Shown: positions 1 to 11,463 of the stretch, in pieces
Position numbering within the stretch: the stretch's first letter is position 1
Layout: each line of letters starts with the position of its first letter
NCBI GenBank assembly: GCA_024626585.2
Contig: JANKJI020000004.1
Coordinates: 125,861,233-125,881,561 of the forward strand
Reading direction: 5' to 3'
DNA from: Ginkgo biloba
Taxonomy: Eukaryota > Plantae > Ginkgophyta
Length of the DNA stretch: 20,329 bases
Notes under the pieces: generated by a model
Seen by the model: the letters and a program-made list of their open reading frames with translations, nothing else
What the model was told of the DNA's origin: nothing
Databases searched by the model: none
Position numbers and translations under genes: made by a program

Positions 1-1643
1 AAACAAAAAAAAAAAAAATAAAGCCACTACCACAAAATGAATCCTAATAAAAAGAATGATTCACTAAACAAATAAAATAAAATCATAATAAAAAGAAAAG
101 AAAAAGAATCTCATCTATGAGGCAAGCAATCCTAGTGCTAGATGGAGATCCTTCCATCCAATGCTCGTCAGAGTTAGGACACATTCACATACTCTATTCA
201 AAGGAAAAATTGCTTGTTTGGATTATTAAAATATATAGAGGTCGGTTAGTAGTATTCAATGCCCAACTATTTTGATTCCACTTAACTAATGCCTACCTTC
301 ATAAAATTGCCAAGGTAACATTTACATTGTAAAAATATATTCTACCTTTAGTTGAATATGAGAGTGGCTCTACCCTCGGCCTAGTAGGAGAAATGTACTA
401 CCCACACCTTAGTGTGAGGGTGGCTTTACCCTCGACATAGTATGAGGGTACCCCAAAATATAAAAACAAATGAATTATTTGCCTTCATAACCAAAATAAA
501 CCTACCCTCACGAATGTCTAAGGGTGAACTTTTACATAGAGATACAAAGACTTTAAGAATCCCATAATTGTGTACAACAAGACTTCCAATCCAAAATAAT
601 CAAGAAAATATTATTACAAAGAGCTCAAAACAAAGAAAAATAGAACAAAAAGGGGATCTTCAACAAGAAAGGATGTTAGAATGCCAGATACAAGTCCACT
701 TTGAGAGAAGAAGGAAGTGAGACATGAAAAAAGAACAGAAGCTAGCTTGACAATATTTATTTTTATTCGTCTTGAATGTTAATTACTTATTACCTGTATG
801 GTTCAATACATGGCTTTTCCTTATCAAATTAATGGTTGATCATAAATGACAATCATAGTTTAACATTTTAACCTTAACAAACGCACTACTTATACCCAAA
901 AGTATGGTTGTTAGATGAGACAACTTACTATGTTGTGAAATTGTTATATTTATAGCCATAAAAAGTTATCCATGCTTTCATTGGTGCAACTAAGTTGTAG
1001 CTTAGGGTGGNNNNNNNNNNACCTAATCCACGGTCATTATCCCATGGAAAAATAACACTTCCTCCTGAATCACCATGTAAACATAAAGGGTTAGATTGTT
1101 CTGCTTGAGAACTCACACCCCACTTACCTATGGAACTTCCCTTCCCTATTTCCTTCCTTTATATTTTCTTAGTTAAGAGAACTCAAGCCTTACTCGCCTA
1201 CTAAGCTCCATTGCCCTTCCCTTCTTGTTAGTCTTTTAATCAATCNNNNNNNNNNNNNNNNNNNNNNNNNNNNNNNNNNNNNNNNNNNNNNNNNNNNNNN
1301 NNNNNNNNNNNNNNNNNNNNNNNNNNNNNNNNNNNNNNNNNNNNNGTTGGGGTTTATATGTTGTTGCGGACCAAGCGTTCCTACCAATGTGGAATGGTTT
1401 TCTTTAATTTACATGTAGAGCTACATTGCATCAAGGGAAGTTGGGTTAGGATAAAGTTAAATTTTGAAACATTATCACCTTATAGTTCATGTCAACATGA
1501 GGTTATTACATTTGGTTATTAAGATAAGAAATTACAAGAGAGAGGTACCTACAAACCGAATTAGAGTGGTTGGTGGCTACTAGAATGGACGCATTGATTA
1601 GTCTATAATGTAGCTTATTAGGAGTTAGCGAACGTCATGAATG

Positions 1644-1976
1644 AGCACTAGAATGGAAACATTATTACTTTGGCCTAGCCTAAGTTGAGTTAGTCTTTAA
1701 AGGAATGTTCTTCATTAGTTTAAGCAAAGTTAGAGGTAATCAATGGGAAGTTTGTTGCCTTCTCAACAAGTTTATTTTGGATTGTATTTTGACATGCAAA
1801 AGTTTCATTGCACTAAGCACTAGAATGGAAGCATTATTGGTTTGGCCTAGCCCAAGTTGAGTTAGCCTTTGAAGGAATGTTCTTCATTAGTTTAATAAGA
1901 GTTTGAGGTCATCAATGGGAAGTTTGTTCCCTTCTCAATGGATTGTATTTTGACATGCAAAAGTTCCATTGCAATA
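1644..1976. repeat. Tandem duplication, ~172-bp unit x2 (partial third start at ~1579)
   Basis: AGCACTAGAATGGA...GACATGCAAAAGTTYCATTGCA at 1644-1815 and 1816-1976. Confidence 0.92.
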
Positions 1977-2382
1977 AGATACATATCCCGTTCAAGCTTT
2001 TTTTGCTATAACTTCGTTAAAAGCTAATCATATAGCAATGATATAAAAGATTTAGCATAGGACAACTTCCTCTATTTTATGTGGGATTAGTACTTTTTCT
2101 CATGAAAGTGTATTAGAGTATTAAGTTCAATATGAAAAGCATCAAATGATAGGAATCCAATTTGTCAAAATCAGCTAGGGATTGCATTTGACCCTACTTA
2201 ACCCATTAAGATCAATGGAAAAAAATTATTTATAGTTCCTAGTTTGAATTACTGACCCCACACATGGTGCAAATACATCATAAGACTCTTAACTAGTAGC
2301 TACAACAAGATGACAACTTTAGTTATAGCTTAATTTATTTTTCAAACAACCTTAAGGGGTATTTGTAACCCAAAAGAGAGCT

Positions 2383-3245
2383 TACAAACAAAAGATAAAA
2401 TGTCATGTTTGTCATACGGATTTGAAATTTTTTAGGATTAGGGTCTTTACAAACTAAATGTAAATCATTAAATATCCAAGGAAATATAATAATGTTTTAC
2501 TCCATGACAACACATTGAAACAATTAAGAATTAGGTATTTAACCACTCTTTTCCATTATCTACAAAGTAATTGGGAACTGTCAACTAACAGGTGGGACAT
2601 AATCATTACATATTTGTTTCTACTTTATACGAGGCAAGAATGGTGTCCTAATAAAACCTATATAATGCTCTCATCTCCAAATTATGCACTTAAATATCTT
2701 TCACATAATGTATCTAGTTTTGTTTATTTTCAAGTATTAAACTTTTGGCCATCTTTTCATTCAACTTATTTGTAGATTTTTAGGATGCAAAGTAAATACA
2801 AAGAAAATTACTATCGGGACAATACTTAATATCATTTTGTACTAGCATACCACATTTTGTTTCAATGAAAGTATTAAATTTTCAAGAAGCTTCTCATATA
2901 GTTTATTTTGTAGCTTTGCATAGTATTTCATAACTCAAATGGATTTATGGTTAAAGATAGACGCATGCCTTTTTCCTTTTTTTTCCCATTCAACTTCAAG
3001 CCTTGTGAACTTAATAACAAAGGTTTTTTTTCCATTATTCCTAGTGTGTATTTTTTTCATATGTTTTCATTGAAGGCATGTGCAAATAAGCAATAAACAT
3101 TTGTACAATACTCTCAAATCCATGAATTAACATCTCCTTTGAACCACTTAGTTAAAGTACCATCTATATAATAAAATGTAATTTCCTCCCATGTTTTGTT
3201 CAAGGGAGAAGTATGGTATGTTTAAGATCAAAACTTAGGGGAGTA
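2383..3245 (+). mobile_element. Very old copia-like (possibly SIRE-type) pol / 3' region remnant
   Basis: Scattered frameshifted peptides in the correct order: KMS...FLGL (~2400-2445), HIETIK/IRYL (~2510-2540), DF.GCKVNTKKITIGT (~2775-2820; cf. DFAGCKVDRKSTSGT), then PPT-like TTAGGGGGAG (~3236-3243). Confidence 0.35.
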
Positions 3246-3789
3246 ATCTATGTGCATGTATGTGTTGCATTTTGTTTGAAGATATATGTATATTACCAAT
3301 TATCCTCACCTTCTTTCATTACACTCACATACATCTAGTCACAATCATTAATTGACAAGAGTAGGGCATAATCACATGTATTTCATAACAACAATGGGAA
3401 GTTGGTTGTTACTCTTAGAATGACAACCAAGATCCACAATTACACTGCTTATAATTGGTGTCTAATTAAAGAATAGGAGATTATTGCATTATTATGGCAC
3501 CACATGCCTGGACATTAGTTATGATATGAATAGATGGGTTTCCTCAACAAATTCAACCCTTCCAATCAGATGACAACTTTTCATCATGTTTGACACACTC
3601 CTTTCTGATTAATCATTATTTTCTTTCATTTTACTCTTATACACATTCATCCTAAAAACAATAGGCATGTGAGTAGCGTCTAAGGTGTGGAATTAGATTT
3701 TATTTTGGGGTACAATTAAAATCTACAAACATTGTGATTGACATTCTAAGAACTTTTTCCTCTAATATCAGTTCTCTCATACTTTTATT

Positions 3790-4155
3790 CATCTTTTGAC
3801 ATGTATCATTGCACACATGATTACATCTTTGAATTTCAAATAGTTCTTGATGTAACTATCTTCTTCATTCGTTGTTTTTAGAGATGAATTTATATCAATG
3901 CCAATGAAGTCTTCGATCATATTGTCTTCTAAAGGTGTACTTTTGTCATCATTGTAAACTAGTCAAAATTTATAATTATGGCATCTTAAGACATGTTGTG
4001 CCCCTAAAGATTACATCGTTGAACTTAAAAATTTCTTGGTAGTCTCAATAAATCCTATTCTTCATGGAATCTATATTCTAAATAACTTTAGGGGTTGAAA
4101 GTAATATTGATGGTTATTAAAATCTTCGGTGGTATTTTCTTCTGAAAATGTACCT
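3790..4155. repeat. Diverged tandem duplication, ~190-210-bp period
   Basis: Blocks CATCTT..GACATGT, GATTACATC.TTGAA.TT.AAA, TCTTCG.T..TATT.TCTTCT.AA..TGTAC recur at 3790-3941 and 3982-4155. Confidence 0.7.
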
Positions 4156-4802
4156 ATCTTGTGAAAGCATTCTCTCTATTACAAGATCATCTTCATCTAG
4201 TAGAAGTTTATCACAAATTTTGGGTTCCAAATAGGCTTCATATATATTACTTGNNNNNNNNNNNNNNNNNNNNNNNNNNNNNNNNNNNNNNNNNNNNNNN
4301 NNNNNNNNNNNNNNNNNNNNNNNNNNNNNNNNNNNNNNNNNNNNNNNNNNNNNACCTGCTTCATTTGGTTCATATGATGTATCTTTAATTATTGTGATAG
4401 GATCCTTAGTAGTATGATACACATGTTTGGAGTAAGAGCTTGTAGTGGTTATTGTAGTGCTAGATGCTGCATCTAAATGTTTATCTAATATCTTTTCAAC
4501 ACGTACCATGAGACATTAATGGAATATGTACTACCCAATTTTTTTTGAATAGTGTGAATGATCATTGCCCCCAATCTTATATTAGCATGTGTGTCATAGA
4601 GCTATTGTCTCACCAAAAAATATGGCTTATGTGTCATAAAGCTATTGCCTTACCAACAAGGCAAAGTATTTACGTGTTGATATATTACATGCATACAACA
4701 ACTAAGCCTTGTTATATTGTGGTTCCAATAACACCTATTGTCACTACCTAAGTGTGTGCAAAGGTCTAATATCTACCTAATTATCTAGTTGAATCAAGTA
4801 GT

Positions 4803-5084
4803 TAGGCAAGAATAATTTGGACTTTTAAAGTCCATCCCAAGTTGTTTAAGACGTTGCATTCACTCTAGTGCCACAATCAATTATTTCTTTTGACATGATA
4901 CCACTAAAGATGTTCATTAAATGACATGGTGAAAATTGGATTTTTTTATCTATTCTAACTTCTTTAACTATTTCAAGCTTCCCCAAAGGTGATCTAGGCA
5001 AGAATAATTTGGACTTTTAAAGTCCATCCCAAGTTGTTGAAGACGTTGCATTCACTCTAGTGCCACAATCGATTATTTCTTTTG
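4803..5084. repeat. Near-identical 90-bp direct repeat (4803-4892, 4995-5084)
   Basis: Two mismatches over 90 bp; the second copy runs into an N-gap. Confidence 0.92.
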
Positions 5085-6102
5085 NNNNNNNNNNNNNNNN
5101 NNNNNNNNNNNNNNNNNNNNNNNNNNNNNNNNNNNNNNNNNNNNNNNNNNNNNNNNNNNNNNNNNNNNNNNNNNNNNNNNNNNNNNNNNNNATTGCCTAA
5201 ATATTTTGCAAGTTCATGGAGTAAATTTACTTTTGCATCTCAATTTTCTTCTATCAAATTATCTTGATGAAACTAGTGTTTAATATTGATCATTGCTAAT
5301 ACCCCATCTTTCACCACTTCGTTGCTAATCATGTGTCATTTTTGTTCGCAACATCTATCAGCCATACACTAGGAAGGTAAGAGCAGGTTTTAGTATTATG
5401 GGATTTTCACAAACCTTGTAAATTACTCTTCAAATACATTACATTGGATATTGCCAACAATCAAAAACATAAATAGTTTTGTGCAAGCCATATGTGAAAT
5501 GATAGTTCTATTCTACTATTCATATGAAGCTAATGCTAGCATGAAGTTTTATAGCTTGATGTAACCAAACCTACATCTAAGGCATCATGCATGCATCCAA
5601 ACTCCCCATGGAGAACATCAAAATCAATAAGCAAATAAATACTTTGAAGTATCATACGCTACATAATACAGCCAATATTTCAAATCAAATGTGGCCATTT
5701 ACACTTGACATGATTATTTGATCTTTAGAGGGATGCAATTTTGTAACTTGTATGATACAAAGAAATAAGTAATGCTTCTCAATATATTTTGGCCAATGAA
5801 AGAAATCGTTCCTGCCAAACTAGATTTTAAATGGTTTGCTTGATAAAGGATGCTGCGTGCAGTGAGAGTTCAATATACAGCTACATATTGAATGAGATTA
5901 AGATCAATACATTGCAAGGCACAACTGTCTAAAGCAATGACATTCCAAATTCCAAAAGAGGAACCATTTTAACTGAAACTGAATGAATAGTTCTACTTTT
6001 AAGCTCTTATTCTTTTCTTATATTATTTTTTCCCAAAAAGAATATCACACATGAAGCACATGGAGATATTGAGGAGGCAAGGTGCAAACCTTTAGATGTA
6101 AC

Positions 6103-6341
6103 CCTAGCAAACTGAAATTTCCCATTCTATTTGCTTAATGTTAATTTTGCTTGGCGAGAAACAACTTACTTCCACTCTAAAAAACAATACAAACTGTAAT
6201 TAAAATCACATGAGAGGCAAAATTTTCCATCATTTTTAATGGTTGAATATGGTCCAAAGAGATGACATCTTCGAAGGAACCCAAAGGAAGTCTATCACAA
6301 ACTTTAAGACGAGCAGCACAGAGTAGGGTTTAATATGATCT
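6103..6341. repeat. Dispersed ~240-bp direct repeat, copy A
   Basis: Colinear similarity to 8675-8919 (CCTAGCAAA.TGAAATT, ACTTACTTCCACT, ATACAAACTG, AGGCAAAATTTTC, GATGACA, AAGGAAC..AAAGGA.GTC.ATCACAAA, TGATCT). Confidence 0.85.
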
Positions 6342-6547
6342 AAAATATGGTGTTTTCAAAGTCCCCATAAATGTAACTTCGAACAACCCTATCCTATTAA
6401 ACACCTATCTTAAAATGAAAGCATAAAAGGAAGCCATAAGGAAAGANNNNNNNNNNNNNNNNNNNNNNNNNNNNNNNNNNNNNNNNNNNNNNNNNNNNNN
6501 NNNNNNNNNNNNNNNNNNNNNNNNNNNNNNNNNNNNNNNNNNNNNNA

Positions 6548-7147
6548 TTGAAGTTGGTATTGCTCGATGTTGATGTGCATTGGATACGGTTGAAACCTAC
6601 TATGCCTCTGATGCGCTAAGGTCATTGACACCTTAAACCTAAATTAAGCCAAATTATAGAAGCATAGCTAACCAAACTCATTGGATCGAATTTTATTTAT
6701 TTGATAGAATAGGTAGAATGGATGGCGTCTATTATCCTAGTCATGAAGAAGAATGGAAAAATTTGCATATGTGGGGACTATTAGGATTTGAATAAGGTGA
6801 CCCTAAAAGACCCCTTTGAGCTGCCATATNNNNNNNNNNNNNNNNNNNNNNNNNNNNNNNNNNNNNNNNNNNNNNNNATGGATGGGTTCTTAGGGTATAA
6901 TTAGATTTAGATTAACCCCGATGATCGCATTAAGACTACTTTTTGTCCCTCTTGGGGAATTTATGCTTATCTAGTCATGCCCTTTGGCTTGACCAATGCT
7001 TCAACCACCTTTTAATGAACAAGGACAAAGGAATTCAAGGAGCTTGTGTTGAACTCGTGCTTGGCCATCTACCTAGATGATTTCTCAGCTAATTTGTGGG
7101 TGAGAGTGGACCACCTCGACCACTTGAGGAAAGTATTTGAAAGTCTG
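6548..7147 (+). mobile_element. Degenerate Ty3/gypsy reverse transcriptase fragment
   Basis: Translation gives EWMASIILVMKKNGKICICGDY*DLNKVTLKDPFELP, MDGFLGYN*I, DRIKTTF, YLVMPFGLTNASTTF, AIYLDDF (YLDD 7070-7081) and HLDHLRKVFE. Several in-frame stops. Confidence 0.93.
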
Positions 7148-7301
7148 CACAGTAAAAATGACAAATTGGCAAACACAAGGAATGCATTGGTTGTGGTTAA
7201 AGAGTTATAGGAACTAACAATTCGAAGACCAGCAAGATCATGGTGATCTTCCCCATAGAAGAAGTGTACACATTAATTTGATTTCTGCAATGGCTTCCAA
7301 A

Positions 7302-7389
7302 TGATGAAAGTTATTTGGGGAAGAAAAACAATGCCCTGCAGACTGATGAAAGTTATTTGAGGAAGAAAAACAATGCCGAGCAGACTGAT
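7302..7389. repeat. 42-bp tandem repeat x2
   Basis: TGATGAAAGTTATTTGRGGAAGAAAAACAATGCC..GCAGAC starts at 7302 and 7344. Confidence 0.9.
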
Positions 7390-8674
7390 ATTGCACTGTC
7401 TCAATAATATCTGAATATTAGTGTAGTGGTTAGTGTTGTCTCAGTATGTCTGAATATACATGACCTCTCCTCATGCATAACAACAATGACGCATCATTTC
7501 ATCTTGAGGAGAAAGACCAGGGAAAGATCAAAATTAACATAAAAAGGTTAACATAGTTCTATAAGGATAACTGCTCTTATAAAGCCTTAATGCCAATCTT
7601 GATGATGATCCTTAACACCAAAGGCCCACAAGGTTATCTGAAAATATTTATCTTCTAAATCAATCCAATTTCAATAGATCCCCATGCATATATATTCAAT
7701 TGATACCCTAAACTAAGTGTAGAATAATATGCAAGAGAAACAAGAATTAAAAATACCAACCCTTCTTTTAAATGCTCGAACAACCTGAATGCAGGCATAA
7801 ATTGAAATCGCGTGACATTGTCACTTGCCATCACCTTAAGGCCATAAAATATTGAATAAAAATAATCTGCATTACTTCATAAAGTTCTGTACAATTCCAT
7901 AGCTACAAACTTTTAACAGCTTGACCACTCCTCTAAAAGTGGGATCCTAAAAAAATTTTAAGTATTTAAAATCCATCCAAATAAAGGTCAAGAAATCTAA
8001 AAGTTCTTGAATCTTTTGATTGAAGCTTGGCCTTGACACCAATGTAACTACATGCTATAACTTACCCCAAAAATAATAGGCCGACCAAACACAAACATAC
8101 TACATGTTACAGGTTGCCAAAAAAATAAATTCCTCTGCACGGATAAAACAGCAACATAACATCTTGACTAAAATATATCATTGCTGCTTTAAAATTATTG
8201 CTACTACCCTTTGGACTGTTGGAGTGCCTTTTTACATGATATTTATCCATCTTTACAGTATTCATAGCTACAATTGTCTAGCAATCGTGCGTTAAAACCA
8301 AAAACATTTCTGCAATTACCTAAGGCTTTCACATAAGATGAACCCAATAAATGAAAATAAATAAAGAAATCCAAGATAGAAGACGAACAATAAAGGTGCC
8401 TCCCTTCTGTTACAAAATCCTTAAGAAGATCGGTCCACATTGTCCACTAAATTTGATGATGTTGCTCATCAACCAAGGCCAGTGGCATGGGCAAAGATCA
8501 TTATGACACCCGTCATATAAGGCAAGGGCATGTGTCAGACACAATTATTGCTGTCTAACTGTCCTAGAGTTTTGATGCAAGACCCACTAAAAGGTCAAGT
8601 TTTCATCTATATAGAGGCCTTATTAAAGTTAGAACGTCAAATAGGCATCTTCAAGAGCAAGTTGTACACATTCA

Positions 8675-8919
8675 CCTAGCAAATTGAAATTCCCCACTCT
8701 ACCTGCTTAGCATTGACTAATCTTGGCAAGAAACAACGACTTACTTCCACTTGGAAAACATTACTATACAAACTGCAATCAAATTGGGTAAAAGGCAAAA
8801 TTTTCGTCATTTTTACCAATTAAAATATGGGTCAAGATGATGACAACTTGAAAGGAACATAAAGGAGGTCAATCACAAAGTTGAAGAGAACAAGCAGCGA
8901 TTAGGATTTATTCTGATCT
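8675..8919. repeat. Dispersed ~240-bp direct repeat, copy B
   Basis: Colinear similarity to 6103-6341. Confidence 0.85.
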
Positions 8920-9571
8920 GCAATACAGTATGTGTAGTGACCCAAAAAAGAAACTACTAAATAATATAGAGAAATTAACAATTCATAGATAAAGAATGTA
9001 TATATGCCACAGTAAAAAAAAATATCCAATCAAAAGACACTAGGAGATAACCAAATAACCACAATAATTCAGTTGAACGAAGATATCAAAATTGTCAAAA
9101 AATAGCCAAAAACTGCAAAATACTTGAGATAATAGAAGGTGTGGGGCACCTACCACCATGAATAATGACAAATTTGTGAGCACCTGCTACCCAAAAGTAG
9201 AAAAATCTTCTAAAACAAGAAGAAGAGATCAAATGTGATGACTAAGTGATGAAANNNNNNNNNNNNNNNNNNNNNNNNNNNNNNNNNNNNNNNNNNNNNN
9301 NNNNNNNNNNNNNNNNNNNNNNNNNNNNNNNNNNNNNNNNNNNNNNNNNNNNNNACGCAAGTCAGTCATTGACGACGCTAACTTCCACTGACGGGGTCCC
9401 TAATTGATGAGCGTCAATGAACTCTCTACGCACTGACAGACGTCGTTCCCCTCACTTCCTTCCAAGATCTTTTCAGAGGAGTCACCAACTGCCACCGACG
9501 ACTTCGACGAACTCAACTTTGCTCATTGGTTTTGGCTCACTGACTACCCATAGGGTAAACTGCAAATTACT

Positions 9572-10318
9572 TGTAGATTGACATCATGCTAAATAACACA
9601 TTCATACAAGTAAACAATCATAATCGAACACAAAATATTTTTAACTGGAGAAACACTCTCGGGGAATAAAACTCCAGATTTATTAACCAAAATATGATCC
9701 TGGGTCACTGCCCTTACATGCATAGCCAACTTGGTGTAATAGATATGGCCCATAGCCTATTAAAATGCCCAATGGATTTATAGAATAGCCTCCCAGCTTT
9801 ATAATTCACCAATCAAAACTCATGTCATACAGAAGTATCAGTTTTTGCAGTAGTTGCAGATTTCATTAATGATGTTTTCTTTGTGTCTTGTCAACAACAG
9901 TGTTGCACACAGTTTTCAAGCAAAAACTTGTCTCAAAAGAGCTCTTCTGCTTATATTTCTGATCTATTTGGCTCCAAATTCATCAATACTCTTCTTGAAC
10001 GCGTGAAAGTTCTGCCTGCAAATACAAGTGTGATCAGAAACCCCTTTTTCTTAGTCTCTTGAGGGATCGCTTTCAGTATGCAAACAGTAATTAGAATATT
10101 GTTATTTGCAATGCCTTCACAAGCAAGACATGAATTTGCTAGACAGATGGTGGTTGCAGAGATACATTGCACATCAAGATGCTACCAGATTCTCTGCTTA
10201 ATTCTGTTGCAAAAATTAAGGCAAATAAAATCAAACAGTAGTAAGATGCATAGCCACTGGAAATCAGTCAAAATAGAATACAGCTTTGATCCCAGATGCA
10301 CAAAAATTACCATCTACA
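9572..10318 (-). mobile_element. Probable solo LTR (copia-type), 747 bp
   Basis: Bounded by inverted termini TGTAGAT...ATCTACA. Near the left end, AACACAAAATATTTTTAACTGGAGAAACACTCTCGGGGAATAAAACTCC resembles the motif seen near the U5 end of plant copia LTRs read in reverse. Only a 3-bp flank match (ACT/ACT), not a 5-bp TSD. Confidence 0.55.
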
Positions 10319-11107
10319 ACTCACCTGCATTTTCCATGGAAAGGGGTTATATGTTCTACTCCTTATTTTGTAGCAAAATGTAATGTATTATGGCCACCCG
10401 CTTGGCAGGAAGCTTAGGGTTCGAGGGTGAATGTTTGAGGGTTTGGGTTTAGTGATAGGAAATGGAAAATGAGAAACAGCGATTCCAATGGGAGTGAATC
10501 ATATCAAACAAATCACCAAACATGGATCAAGAAATCTGAAAAACATCAAAAACGAAAATAAGCATCATCATAATTCTCAAAATATTCTTCTCCCTAAAAT
10601 TTTACATGACAACCATGGCCACTTTCACTCTTCCCTGGACAACTTTGTAGTCCAAGGTCTGGAAAGGCTAATAATTCATACTTGTCCACTCTCAGCAATA
10701 TAAATGCAGATATGGGCAAACACCAGCATCAATCANNNNNNNNNNNNNNNNNNNNNNNNNNNNNNNNNNNNNNNNNNNNNNNNNNNNNNNNNNNNNNNNN
10801 NNNNNNNNNNNNNNNNNNNNNNNNNNNNNNNNNNNCAATTGTATTGAACATCATCATCTGAATAAATTGTATCTAATAATATATTTAAATCTTTAAATAT
10901 ATCTTTTATGCATTTTGCCTTGCTTCTGTGTCGGGAGTTAGCTTAAGGTTTGCTCCATATTCTCCTTGCATCCAAGATTAGGATATTTTTTCTGTTAGAG
11001 AGACAGTGTAAGATTGACTTATGTGGAGCTATCTGCTTTTTATACATCCCCCTCAGAATTCATCAACTGAGAAAAACTTTTTTTAATTCCTTAAATTCAT
11101 GGACAAG

Positions 11108-11463
11108 TCAGTTGTATGATGTCCATAGATGTCTACATTTATTCAACCCGAAAACCATGTAATTCGAAACTAAAATATTAGTTCTTCAAGGAGATAAACA
11201 TAGATGGAATCTCAGTGACCCTCCAGTTCTAGCATGAAAAACACTTCTCCTAAACACTCTTGGACTCCTTCAGCTTTATGCCCACTTCATCAGTTGTATG
11301 CATGTTCATAATTGACTACATTGGTCCATAAAGAAAACAATTAACTTTGAAGTTTGAAACCAAGATACTAGTTCTTCAAAGAAGATGAACATCAATGCAA
11401 TCTTTATCCATTTTGGACTTCTGTTTTTCTACCACGAAAAAAGCTTTGAAAGCTTCCCCTAAA
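11108..11463. repeat. Diverged tandem duplication, ~180-200-bp period
   Basis: TCAGTTGTATG..., GAAAC.AA.ATA.TAGTTCTTCAA, AGAT.AACAT, CTTC.CCTAAA recur from 11108 and 11290. Confidence 0.75.

Noticed and set aside
130-180. Hammerhead core CTGACGA on the minus strand
   Set aside because: No properly placed stem II, GAAA or stem III.
3402-3430. Short hairpin TTGGTTGTTAC...ATGACAACCAA
   Set aside because: Too short to separate from chance or a MITE remnant.
4117-5500. Minus-strand ORF 4117..4509 and neighbouring fragments as a gene or Mutator/SWIM transposase
   Set aside because: Spans an N-gap and shows no convincing motif; probably decayed TE but cannot be assigned.
7301-7388. Box C/D snoRNA-like pattern (ATGATGA ... 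CTGA/TGATGA ... CTGA)
   Set aside because: Fully explained by a 42-bp tandem duplication; no terminal stem or recognisable rRNA guide; antisense to the possible host gene.
9951-10383. ORFs of 73 and 101 aa
   Set aside because: Lie mostly within the LTR-like unit; no recognisable domain or splice support.
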